Shown: piece after piece, positions 41,101 to 53,792 of the stretch
Layout: every line of letters begins with the position of its first letter
Numbering within the stretch: the first letter of the stretch is position 1
Assembly: GCA_964304625.1 (NCBI GenBank)
Contig: OZ199839.1
Span: 4,467,376-4,531,375, forward strand
Direction: 5' to 3'
Origin: Kudoa neothunni
Lineage: Eukaryota; Animalia; Cnidaria
DNA: 64,000 nt
The notes under the pieces: model-generated
Seen by the model: only the letters and a program-made list of their open reading frames with translations
Database searches by the model: none
Told to the model about the DNA's origin: nothing
Position numbers and translations under genes: made by a program

Positions 41101-44100
41101 GTAAGCGAAATACCAAGTCCAAACATCATATGGGTGACCCCAATAATTATGGAAAACTTCATCTTAAATCCATTGGTTATGGTAACAAAGTTTTCTGTAA
41201 TTGACCAAATCTTCGATCACAATTTTTAATGTGAAAATTACAAAAGTAAAATTACCGGATCAAGTCCAAATATATAGGGTGATTTAGCAAAGATCTTAGG
41301 ATCAAGTTCAACAGGTTTGGTCATATTTGACTGTACCATCTGTTTCAACTTACCGATACTAAAAATTTACGATCAGTTTTTATCGCTAGAAAATTTCAAA
41401 GATGCAATCATTGGCTACAACAATAACTAAATCAAACAGATTCTATAAATTTCATGTTTGTGCGTATGTATTATAAATAAACAGCTTTTTAAACAATATC
41501 TCGGTTTACGCAAATGTACCAGCATAAGATTTTACTCAAGACAATTATTTACTTCATAATTCAGAAGTGATTCCCATGCACGTAAAACGGCTTTTTATTA
41601 GTCTATTGAAAAGTACAGTCTACGTGCACATTAAATCGTTGAAAAATAAATAAGAATACTAATAAAATCATTAACGATCACATTAGACTTTCACATACGA
41701 CTATAAATACAACAATTAAACATTAATGGCGACTTTATCACTATTTGTAAAATTTAAAGATCAATTTTTAATGTTTAATTTATTTAAATAACTATATATC
41801 TATCCCATTATATAAAGTAGTAGTGTCGGTGCACTAATCTTCTCCCTATACAGAGACTTTCTTTAGTATTTGAATTTCTTAGCATACTTTAAAAAAATAC
41901 AAAATTAACTAAAAAAATACAATGGAGTTGTCTGATTGCCTATAAAGTGGTGAAAACTTTTTGTAGGCAGATTAGAGATGATGATAATAATAAGATTACT
42001 AATACATGTGATTTAGAAATGAGATAAGTGAAAGTGTAGTTACATTGATGTTCCAACTACTATATTCAACCACAACGTTGTGTTTTCACTTCGTTTTACA
42101 TTAAAACATTATTAAGATAATTTACAGAGCTTGTGGACGCGAAGAGGGGGAGGGGAGGACACGGTGTAAACGAAGAATTGTTGGTTAAACGGGAGATTAA
42201 TTCATACTGAAAAAAATATTTACTTTTCATGTTTAATTAGCGCTACATAATGTAACAATTGTAAAAAAGCTTTTTGATTCGTGGGTTCAACGAAGGGTTA
42301 ATTAAGGCGATTAATACGTCACACGAGATGTGAGAACTTTTGATTTCTGAATGAAGATAAGTCCCTCCAGGAGAGATTGAGGTAATGGTGTGGTGTGGTG
42401 TGTAGCTACGAAAATAAAGCCTGTTGCGCATCTCTAATCTTCCCAATTTTACTAAAAATTTAATTTTCGCGATTTTAAAATGTGGGCCAACCACAGATTA
42501 GTTTATAATGATTACAATTATAAAATTTGTGCATTAATCTTCGTTCGGCTTAAATCAAGACACGCGCACTAGAATGCGCATGAAACATTGATGTAGTTTT
42601 CTATTTGTAAACTTAAGTTTCATTAAATTATTATTTTTTCATGATACTTTTATCTCGTCGTAGTATTATTCGAGTGATTTATAATCAAACGTCTCTTTTG
42701 ACAACGATAAGACGATAGGTGTAACTTCTGTTCCACATACCTATAAATAACATTCGTTTAAAAAATTGGCTACAATAAGTTAAGCGGCAAATAAATGGAT
42801 CACATACAGTTTCTGACGCCAGTGATGCAATTTAATGAGGTAATAATAAAGAAAAAAGGTTTTTGGGATAAAAACAAATATAATAATGTATTATTAAATG
42901 ATTTTAATCAAATATATAAAGTTCTATTTGTGTAACGGTATTATTATCATAATAAACTACAAAAAGTTTATACCGGGTTTTGCGCAAAATTTCGAATTGC
43001 GTGACAATCAAATTCGGATATTTTTGCGCGCGTTAATAAATAGTGAAAACAAAAATGGTTGGATGCGCAAAACGCACGAATGAAACAAAGAAAAGAGTGA
43101 TTAAACTAGTTGTTAAACAAGGAAGATCACACAAAGAGGTTGCAGAAGATTTAGATGTTCCAAAATCAACTGTGAACGATATCGTTCAAAGATTTCTAGC
43201 GAGAGATTCTTTTGAAAACTTGCCGCGAGGTGGAGCTTGAAGAGTTATTTTTAACGACGAAATCAAGAGGAAATTGTTGGACTTGATTAAGGATGATTGA
43301 AAAATTATCATTAAATGTTAATCCCTCGACTGTCTCAAGATGGTTGACATCCATGAACATAACATTTAAAATGGTAAGAACAGTACCACTGAATAGAAAT
43401 TCGCATGGTGTAAAGTTGGAGGGGAAAAGTATGCTGAATGGTATACTCAACTTTCCATTACCACAAGATACGAAAATCATATTTTTGTGGATTAAAGTCC
43501 CTTTCCCCTCTGCATGTTAAGAAACCACGGCAGGTCCTTAAGAGGCACCACCCCTAATGCAGTAGTTCCGAACAACCGATGAAATAATGTCACAATGATA
43601 TTGGTCATTAGCGGGAAGGTCTTATCCATTGCGAGGCATTTTTGGCTCAGTGAGCATGGAAATTTTTCAACCATTTTTAAAAAAGATAAAAGAAACTATG
43701 AATGGACGAAATTTTATTATTGCGATGAATAATGTGAGACTCCATCATTCCAATGTTGAGCATTACGACACATTTTCTGAAGAAATACAGTATTTTCCAA
43801 GATATTCACCATTTCTCAACCCCTGCGAAGAGATATTCTCCTTAATTAAACCAAGAATAAGACGAAATGGCCCAATTAAGGGAAGAAATGATTTAATTGA
43901 TAGAATGGACAGTTCTGCCTCCTCGGTCATTGGAGGTGAAATTATAAAATTTTTTGAGCATTCGGAAACCTTTTTAGGTAAATACCACTTGATGGAAGAC
44001 GTGGCGCGAGATTAGAATATGCAGCTAGTTATCTATGTGGCAGTAATCATAACATTTTGCATTTTAAATATTGGTTTTTATGCAGCGTAAAATATCCGAA

Positions 44101-47100
44101 TTTGATCGTCGTGCAATCCGAAATTGGGCGCAAAACCCGGAATTGTTTTTATCAAAGTTTTCAATATATAGTCATTTATATTATTAAAGTATTCATAAAT
44201 CTTAGATATATCCCATGAAATATTGTAGTTTCACAAAAAAAACGACAACGAAATTAATTTACGTTTAAACCAGGTTCCTCTATAAGCCAGATACGGTTTA
44301 GTTTCTAATTATAGACAGTCGCATAACTACTAATTATAAAACCAAGTATATTGCACGTTATATTGAATTATGTTTGGCTCTAAATTTCTCATGAACTTAA
44401 AAATAAAAAATAAAAAATTAAATCGAAACAGAAGAATAAATTAATATTAAACTTTAGAATAGCCGTCTACTCCATAAAAATAAACAAGATATTGAAACTA
44501 ACCAAAATCTTATTTTAATTCATGGTTAAATACTAATACGTCAGGTATAGAGTAGGTTTCTTGTTAAGAATTGTAAGGATTAACAAATAGGTATGTTTAC
44601 AATAACCGTTTTAAATAATTGGTAATCCTGTTGTCTTATTTCAAATTGTGCTTTCCTTCGCTTTCTTACAAAAATAAAATCGAAATATTCTCATTAATCT
44701 TTTTACATTGACCGTAACCATTCTTCATCGAGATACAAACCCAATAGATTTTTGGGTACACTTTGAGCATATATATGAATATTTTGCGGCAATTTTATTG
44801 CTATCTTCAGATGATAAATTATTATTTATTATTCTCTTAATAATTTTTACTTTTAAAGAATTACGCCTACGACAATTTTCTCATCTGCCAGAGCTTCAGA
44901 ATAAATTTTTTTCGATTAACAATTTAATTAGTTTTTCGCTATCAAGCAGTAAACTGTAAAATTGGCACTGACCTTTGGTTTACACCATGATGTGAAGTGG
45001 GTTTAATAACGCGCCAACAAGAAATCACTGCATTTTCCAAACTTCTATTACTTTGATTTATACATTAAAAACCGTGAGTTTTATACTTTTAATTGTGATG
45101 AGTATGAAGATTAAATACACACCTTGTATTCTTGTATATTGAATCAGGAATTCGTAATAAAACTTAAGTTTTATTAAAATTAAATGTTTAGATAAACATT
45201 AGAAAGCAATAACAGTACTAATTGATTTTACATATTCCCAATACATGATAAGGTATATTCCTATCAAAACCTACTACCACGTGGTAAAAGTATCATGAAA
45301 AAATAATAATTTAACGAAACTTAAGTTCAGAAGTCACTATTAAATAAATTACAAATAGAAAACTACATCAATGTTTCACGCGCATTCTAGTGCGCGTGTC
45401 TTGATTTAAGCCGAACGAAGATTAATGCACAAATTTTATAACTGTAATCATTATAAACTAATCTGTGGTTGGCCCACATTTTAAAATCGCGAAAATTAAA
45501 TTTTTAGTAAAATTGGGAAGATTAGAGATGCGCAACAGGCTTTATTTTCGTAGCTACACACCACACCATTACCTAGATTGAAGATCGGGATATTAGTGTA
45601 TATTTACATTAACATTGTCATCAAAAGAACGAAACTGTGAATAAAATTTAAATTTAATATTCTAATAGACGGGCCAGTTGGAAGATAGGTATTCTTTATG
45701 TTCACAAGTTTAATAATTTAAATATTCTTATTATGAGACGAAGCTGGGTAATTCTGTACGATTAAAATTTTTATATTATTTAACACAATCGTCAAAAGGA
45801 TGATATTATAAACAAGTTATTAGTTTATTCGGTTCAGCAAAAGGTCCTATAAAAGAAATAAATGTATTTTTTAATTTTTCGAGATATTTCTTTTGAGATG
45901 GCCTCAACTTGCCGAAATTCCGCTGCGCGCGTCAAAGCTCCATAAAGCCGTTTTAGGGTATTCGGCTTCTTATATTTCATATTAAGATTATAATTACTTT
46001 TTATTTTAAAATGATATTTAACTCTTTAATGGGAGATCAAAAAACACACAACTACGTTATATCATTATAAGAACAGATAGGAAGGGATAAATTCTTGTAT
46101 AATGGTTACTTTTTCGTAATGACCACAAATATAATTCAAATAAATATCGGATATGTGAAAAACGTGCAAGGAACAAACGTCTTATCATTTTATTATTTTC
46201 AAATATATTTTTTCAAGAAAAGTGCGATCATAACCACGTTGTTACGTTTTATGACATTAAATGGGTCTATTATTAACGATATAATTAAAAAGTATGATGT
46301 AACTTAAAATATTTTTGTCAATGAAACGCATAAAATTACATTAAATACCATTTTAAAAAGAAAATATCAAATTAATACCATAAAATAATGACAAATATTG
46401 TTATAAATTTTATCTGGAATCAATATCTAAAAAATATAATTAAAAATTACAATAATTTCAAATCAAAACGTTACTTTGATATGAAACATGTTTTTACTAT
46501 TATTTGTGCGCATGCTCGAATCTGTACAAATGTATACGTTTAATATTGTTATCAATACAATTTCATGATCATATCAATAAGATTGAATTGTTATTCTTTA
46601 AAATCGGGGCTAACTTGCGCGCTGTTTAAATAGTGGTGATTTTATGGTGTAAAATCTATAAAATCTCTGCGTAGATTAAAATGCTGCGAAATAAGGTTAT
46701 GTCCATTTATTAGTTAACCAAATATGCCTTTATTTGTGTCATCTATGTGAAATTTATTTAAATAAACTTAATTTACTTAAAAATCAAAAAGGCTTTAGTC
46801 TACGCCAGGTTTTAGCCTATTTGGCTGGGCAAGATGCCTTAGCGAAGCGGGGCTTTTGCGCTAGAATATATGTATAAAATTAATTTAAACGCAAGTATTT
46901 AAAAATGAATATTTATAAGAAATATAGATTTTACGTAATTTTTAGAGATTGTTAGCCAACTCTAATTTCCAACTGGTAAAAACTGAATTACTTGAGTGAT
47001 TCAGAATTTTCTGTAGGCATCATCCACATCGAACCAAATATATTTACGGAACGTGAAAACGCTTCGTTGAATAACAATCCACTGTATATGGAGAAAATTC

Positions 47101-49140
47101 CCATCAACAATATGATATGTCGACCCGAAATTATAATTCCAAACATCTACAAGATGCAATTGTCTAATGTAAACAGACTAATGTGAGTTAGAAAAGTATA
47201 CTTCACTATTTTTGTTTTTGGCAACAAATTTTTTGTCTAACAAAAGCCACAAACCCAGCAGAGTCAGCATAAGTCCATGACAACAGTCAGAAAACATGAT
47301 TGAAAATAGAAAAGGAAATGAAGTGATGGTAAAAAGTGCTAACAATAAAAACAATAGCCAACAAATTTGTATTAAAAGTTACCTGGATTAGCCTCACGAT
47401 ATTTTGCCACACCATACGAATCGATCACTTCCTGGAATGGTTTCTCGAAACTGGTCACCTGGAAAAAGGTGGGAGGATCTTCTCCAGTTTTCACTGGATT
47501 GAAAACCACAGGAACGTTTGAATTGCTCATTTCCTACAATAAATAATCGTTTAATAAAGTTTACTGTAATAAAATAGATCTCACCATAGCAATCCTAATC
47601 GTTTCTTTAACGCTGGAAATGTCTTTGTCAGGAATCCAACCTTCAGCAACAAGACCAACAGATTTGCTATCGTAACTGAATAGATTCATTGTGGCATAAA
47701 TGTTTTTGATTTTATGTGCTTTGACTTTCCATGTGGAAAAGTTTACGCAAATATTACTGAGGATAACTTCACGTTGATAGAGCGCTTGATTAATAACCGC
47801 CTCCATATCAGAAAGTCTGGTTGTCAAACCAACAATAAGTTGATTACGTTCAATAGCATCACATGGATAAGTGTAGATGTTGGTTTTCATACTAAAGCAA
47901 TAGAAAATTATTTATTGATTTGTTCAATGAGAAATTTCAAGAAAAAGTTAAAACATGTTATATGCAAAGATAATTTATATAAAAAAATCAAATATCAATA
48001 AACATAAACATACGCTTCACATATTTTTTGCACTTTATTCAGAAGAAGATCTCCTTGTACAAAAACAATGAAGGCACTCTTGTAGATGGCTTTGTTTGTT
48101 TCGTAGTCGATAAGTGTTTGACCGAGATCAGTATATCTCATGAGTACGTTGCCTTTGGTGGTTCGCCACAAAAGTTGTTCAAAAAATGCCAAGTCAGTGT
48201 TGTCAACGGTTCCAGTGATGAAACTGCAGCGTGTAATTTAAGAAAAACCCTTCCATATAAACAATACGTACTTTAGATTTGCATCGGCATTTATTTGCTT
48301 GTTGGTTAGTTGAGTTGCACTTATTCCATCCTAACAACACAAAATCTAGTAGGTCAATAGTTACAACAACTAAAGCCTACGCTCGCTAAGTAGGTTTCCA
48401 ATACACGCATCATTTGTTTGCATTCCACAAGTTTATTGTAACTGGTTTTGAGGTTTTTCAAGTTGTTCGTTGATTCCACCAATCTAGCTTCATATTGCGA
48501 TATATCATTCTAAACAAGTTTGTGAATGAATAATTTGACGGTTGAGATGGAACGAATAAAAACTATCAATACTTCCAACTCCACAAAATCTCTCGGATCT
48601 GGAGCACTTATTTCTTTCACATTTACCGAATTAAGTAGTTGCTTTTCTTTTGACAATTGCTCTTCAATATATCCTATCAATCGACGATCAGAATGACCAA
48701 TAAAAACATAATGACAAAGCGAAATAATATCGCTAGAGAATTAAACAAGAGATTACTTAGCTTTCTCTCTAGGTCATCACACCAAACAATATTTTTTATA
48801 AACTTTCGTCTATTAGTAGGCAACTGTTCATTAAGCTACATCAAGCGACAAAAATAATAATTGAGAGAGCGAGTAATAGTTTACATCAATAAAGTGCACC
48901 ACGGCCTAATATCAATTATTAATAAGATCGACTAATAGAAACTGTTACCAATTCGCCAAATTCCCTCACATAGTAGTATGCTGTTTGCGTTTCGAAGAAA
49001 ATCTGACAAAATGTCATCTTCTCTGATCGAAACAAGTTCACCTTGTTTCCTTTCATTGCACTCGATCGCCTACCGAATCGCATGCGTCCCAAGGCTTTGA
49101 AAATACATGCTACTCTTCGGGAAAACTCGCTTTCTTGCAT
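32131..49140 (-). CDS. ATP6V0A: V-type H+-ATPase V0 subunit a, multi-exon, about 17 kb
   Basis: Collinear spliced motifs [114 protein letters not shown] and [18 protein letters not shown]; stop at 32131. The start could be 49140, 49083 or 49056. Loop exons between 33000 and 40570 are unresolved. Confidence 0.93.
34598..36465. mobile_element. TIR element (MULE- or Merlin-like), degenerate, intronic
   Basis: Ends GGTGACGG / CCGTCACC; repeated subterminal CAAGTGCTCA modules; no clear TSD. Confidence 0.45.
35112..35775. mobile_element. pogo/Tigger-type MITE nested in the previous element
   Basis: TIRs C(G/A)GTCGAACCTCGAT with TA TSD; internal TATCCGGAA repeats. Confidence 0.88.
36634..38446 (+). 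mobile_element. MULE-type element with long TIRs
   Basis: TIRs of about 120 bp starting GG(T/C)AGT; 9-bp TSD AACGAATTA/AACAAATTA; MuDR/FAR1-like remnant [16 protein letters not shown]. Confidence 0.8.
37356..38121 (-). mobile_element. piggyBac deletion derivative nested in the MULE
   Basis: TTAA|CCCTTAATGGATCAC .. GTGGTCTATTAAGGG|TCAA; retains the C-terminal Cys-rich [14 protein letters not shown]. Confidence 0.85.
39359..40285. mobile_element. piggyBac-like MITE
   Basis: TTAA flanks; repeated and inverted AAATAAAATGGGGTAGA subterminal motif; internal palindrome ATTATGTGCGC..GCGCACATAAT. Confidence 0.55.
42381..45573 (-). mobile_element. Merlin-like element with ~285-bp TIRs and decayed transposase
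   Basis: TIRs 42381-42665 and 45272-45573 starting GGTAATGG; 8-bp TSD GAGATTGA/TAGATTGA; minus-strand remnant [26 protein letters not shown] resembles the Merlin N-terminus. Confidence 0.8.
42973..44140 (+). mobile_element. IS630/Tc1 element, degenerate, nested
   Basis: TIRs of about 55 bp CCGGGTTTTGCGC..; TA on the left; HTH ([15 protein letters not shown]) and [13 protein letters not shown]; frameshifts. Confidence 0.92.
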
Positions 49141-49725
49141 ACTAAATTAAATGTTACCAACAGTAGATAGAATGTGAGATGCTCTGCAATCAGTCCGTCA
49201 AAATACGATTAAACAATTAGCTAACCATTTTCATCGGCCCGATAGTTAACTACCACCCATAATAAGATTAAATTGACTTTATTGTCTCAGTATTATTTGC
49301 GAACAGGATCTAATTCGTTTGTTTGTAGCCCCAGATGAAAATTATCTCTATAGTGCGATTTATTTAAAAATGTTCAAATAGTGTTAACTTGAAAAATCGA
49401 CTAGTAATTAATTTCAAAAATCATCATTTTACTCTGAAAATAATACAAGAGTTATCCAAACGATAATCGTGCCGTTATTTTTTATCGATAAACAAAAGAG
49501 ATGATAAGAAAGTGGCAAAATAGTGTCAATTTATTTTCCAGTTAATAACGGCAATTATTACTAAACTAAAAAATTCAATAGCAGAATAGTGGCCGAATTT
49601 TCAGATTAAAGATTATAATTAGTTCGAATATTAATCCTGTATTTTTCAAATAAAATTAATGTTTCATCTATGAAATAATTTCCAGGAGGAATGTCTTAAT
49701 ATCATCGAATAAATTATCATATATA

Positions 49726-52700
49726 TCTACTATCACCTATATATAAAGCTGCAGTGTCTGTGTGTTTGTCAGCAAGTACGCATCGCATATGCCTCAAACT
49801 TTTCCTTATAGACAGATATTTATGAAATTTTGTAAAAATCACAATGTTTCAAAAAACTTTAAAACGTGTTCACATTCCCAAATATTCCCAGAAGTGTTTA
49901 AAATATGGTGATTTTGTCAATTCAAATTTTGTTTATCGTTTATCGGATTACTTGAGTTCACCAATAGGAGTAAGACCGGCCGTATGTCATGGTGAAGGTT
50001 GGTTGAAATTAACATTCTATCTTATATTCTCCATCAAATGCTGATTAACGGCTGTTGTCGGAGTTTGTATATAAATTTGGTGTGTAAATTTAGGTGTTCG
50101 TGCAAATACACTCCTCATTTATGGAGTTTTAACGTATTTTATTTGATAAACACATTTTGAAGGTTCTATTAATCGTTTTAGATATGATAAAAAATCTATA
50201 TATGTTTCATGAATGACGAAATGGTAGAGCATGCTATAATCAGACAGAATGCCGTTTTCGATTAAAATCGATTTTAGCCGTCGAATTTTTTAACAAGTGT
50301 CGACGTTTATTTTTCGTGAATGTTTGATCTATTCCGAATTAACTTAGACATAAGAAAGAAACTTCTAGTTTTCTGGAAGAGTAGACAGACATAGAAAATG
50401 TTAGAATGAATTAATTTGTAAATATTGTAAAGTAGAACTGCCGTTAAAACAAAATAGAATTGACGAGTGTATGAAATCGAAAAACACATTTCATTGAAAA
50501 AAAAACGTTTAAAGAGACGTCCGTCATGCCAAATATTTTCTTTAGGGATAGGAAAAACGATGATTTAGGAATAGAATTGGTGTCTATTGTAGTTTTTGAT
50601 GGAGTTCTGCTGTCTCTGATTGATAACAAAAGTTATCTGCGACGATTTTTGTCAAAGTATAGTTTGTCTTCTAAATCATTCCCAAACAGTCGTGCCTTGT
50701 TGGGTACGTATTTGCCGGTAATATTTGAAAATAATGAAGATAATGTGAGGTCATTATTAGCAAATAAGTCTTATCATTGATGAAACGCCTGATTTTACAA
50801 ACACGCCGTTAATAAACATTTTAGCGAGTTTTTATGATTATGAAAATCTCGAAAGAAGGACACTTATGCTTAATTCCAAGATATTATCGGAATGTTACTA
50901 AGTCATAGTGGCGAATGATGTTTCGGGAACACTTCGAGCATATGGAATAAATTGGAGAAACTGTATGACAATCATTTCTGATTCTGCCTTATATATGAAG
51001 AAATATTTCAATAATTTGTCGGTTATGTACAACCATATTATTGGAGTACCGTGTTTTTCCCATATGATATATCTGGCGGTTCCAAATTGATTGACGTTGT
51101 GTTTGATAGAGTCAAAAAGTTATGCATGAATTTTTCTGCAAGTTTGTGTAAAAACAGATCTGAAAAAAATTCATTCCTTAAAATTCTTGCCAATCATGAA
51201 ATAGAGTTTCGAAAAAAAGATCTTGCGAGTACTTGACTTAAGATGGTACAGTATATACAATTGTATACAATGCTGCGTTGAATATTTTCCAGCCATTTCC
51301 GACTTTTTGTTGAATTCAAACCATGATTCTGTTCCATCATTTATGAGTATTTTTGAGATATCCAATAAATCATTAAGCGAGTTACATATTTACCTTAAAT
51401 TCATTTCGATATCTTTGCCTCCATTGTATGATTTTTCTATGTCGATCGAATCCAAGAGTTCATATGATTTTTCACATCTCCATAATCGGATGAAATGTAA
51501 TTACAATATTTCCCCTACAGATATATTAAATAATTTTAAAAATTCCATGGAAGTGTTTCCATTAGATAGAAGAGAAAACATTTTCGGAAATATGTCAAAA
51601 TTTGTTAATTTGTTGGTTGTTGAGATGTCTACAATAATTAATAAACCAATTGAAGGTTGCTTTCCGTCCGATCACTTTTTCGAAACAATTCGAAATATTG
51701 ATTTTTCACAGTATTATAATTTTGATTATGTGAAATTATCTGATATTTCACAATTCGTTTGCAGCATAGCAGAAAAAGAAAATCTTCAGCGTAAATTTTT
51801 AACATTTCCGCGCTCTGAAACAGGTAATGTATCCGATTCTTGCAATTCTCGAGAAACATAAGATAAATCGCATCCAACTATTTCAAAAATCAGTAAAGAT
51901 TTGAATTCAATTCCATTATCATCTATATCAGTCGAAAGTAGTTTTTCTCAAATGAAACATGTATTTACGCAAAATAGGATGCGTTTGTCAAACGAACCAT
52001 TTATAATATTTTAAATATTATATTATAATTATAAACTACAAAATTATATTATTTTTTCACGTATTGTTTTATTTTACGCAGAATATTTTATAGGAACATG
52101 CGCATTACTTGAGATAGGAAATAAACGTCGAAAACGGCATTCCCTAATTTATAATACAAGCACTGTGTCCTTAGACCTCGTTGAAAACGTCCGCTATGTT
52201 GAACTTTCAGTGATTAAATTCAATTCAGATTGTTGTAATTTTACTTCATCTAATTATTTTAATTACTTATGTTGATATTGAAGAGGTTAGTGGCTGTTTC
52301 TGGGAATACGCGCATTAAAAGTTGTCGGGCCAAAGGATATTAATTTGAGCAATAAAAATTAATATACTTATGTTTGCTTCTATGTCTATATATTTTTTTC
52401 TTTTTTTATCTCCCACGAACAGTTGTGCGGAAGTTTTCTGAGTCGGGCCAGAATTTGACTTTGAAAAATCCAAGAACCAAAAAATAACGTTTTAAATAGC
52501 ACTTTAAAGGAATTTAAGTAATTGGATGATGCAAATTAAGTACGGTACTAGCGTTAAATTATTTAGTTTTGGTGGTGGGCTGCGAAATTGTTAATTCAAC
52601 GTCGGAGTTGGTGCATCCCTGCACGGAAATGATCATGATTTCAATTTCGCTAATTACAATCGTTGAAAGTATGATGCTTACAAATTTTTAGTTATACTGC

Positions 52701-52801
52701 TTCCATGGGTTATTCCAAAACTTCAATATATTTTTTGAATGTTATTAAGAAACGTCTCTATGCGAATTCTTCCCCAAGTAACGCGGGGCAGTTCACGCTA
52801 A
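49726..52801 (+). mobile_element. Non-autonomous Helitron family A with hAT insertion
   Basis: 5' A|TCTACTATCACCTATATATAAAGCTG; 3' CCCAAGTAACGCGGGG..CTAA|T; collinear with the reverse complement of 60358-61401. Confidence 0.85.
50241..52146 (+). mobile_element. hAT transposon, degenerate
   Basis: TIR core GAATGCCGTTTTCGA at both ends; degraded xxTATAAT TSD; IDETPD, ISDSALYM, CFSHMI, LRWYS and SISVESSFS motifs. Confidence 0.88.
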
Positions 52802-53792
52802 TTTTTAATATTATGGTTATGCACTTGCTATAATTAATTAGCTAATGCTCGCATAAAATATGAATTTCCTTTTCTTATACACGTAGATTTAATAATAGAC
52901 AATCGTTAAGGATGAAATATCGTAATCTAACAAAATTATAGTTTTGCGACTTCAATTCTAGAATACATAAAGCATGCTTTACTCGAACCGGCTTAATTCG
53001 TGGTATGGCCTGTTGAAATAATCGCGAATGGCTAGGAATTCCCTGCATTAATAGATTACAACAACTGCTATTGTGATGACAAATAGCAGTTGTTGAAAGT
53101 ACCCTACTGCTGACGCAACACTGATAAATACTCACTATTAAAATATCCAACGAGTTTGTTTTTTTACGTGGTCGCTGATTTGGGTTACGGCCATTATGAT
53201 ACATTTTTACCAATTAAAAATATGTTACGCATTTTATAAAAGCTGATAAAATAATTGAAATCAATCAAGATACATTCTGAATTTTATTATCCCGCCATTT
53301 GAAAGAATAAAAATTTTGTAATATTATAATATTACAAATTAAATTTAAAAAAGTTTTAAGTCAGAAACAACACTTTTCGCCAAAATCTTTCCGACACTTA
53401 TTCATAAACACCATAGAAATGTTTTGGAGTGTTGTATGAATGACAAAGTAAATTATTACGGAACTTTTAAATGGGATCTATTGTTATTGTAGGAAAGAAT
53501 TAATTTAAAATTTTACTAATAGTAGTATCAATTCTTATAAATTAGTAGAATCACTTTTTCAGCACAAACTCTTCCTACGATAAAGAATATCTCATAGAAT
53601 AATTTGGATATTAAACATTGATTTGACTATTGTTTTGCACTATTTTCAAATTCCCCATGTATACATATTTTAAAGATATTACATAACTAAAAATCATTGA
53701 TGAGTTATGAGGTTTAATATTCTTTTATTTCTTACAATCACATAAAAATGCAGTAAATAATCAATATAGTAAGTAATTAAATCCTTTAATAA

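Larger units (their letters stand above)
41799..46864 (+). mobile_element. Non-autonomous Helitron family B with nested elements
   Basis: 5' A|TCTATCCCATTATATAAAG; 3' GCGAAGCGGGGCTTTTGC hairpin then CTAG; the last ~90 bp are shared with 63870-63963. Pairing of the two ends is inferred. Confidence 0.65.

Noticed and set aside
44580-45050. Captured host gene (Pack-type cargo) inside the long-TIR element
   Set aside because: The exon-like sequence translates to a decayed Merlin-type N-terminus (LIKLL..CxxC..CxxC), so it is the element's own transposase.
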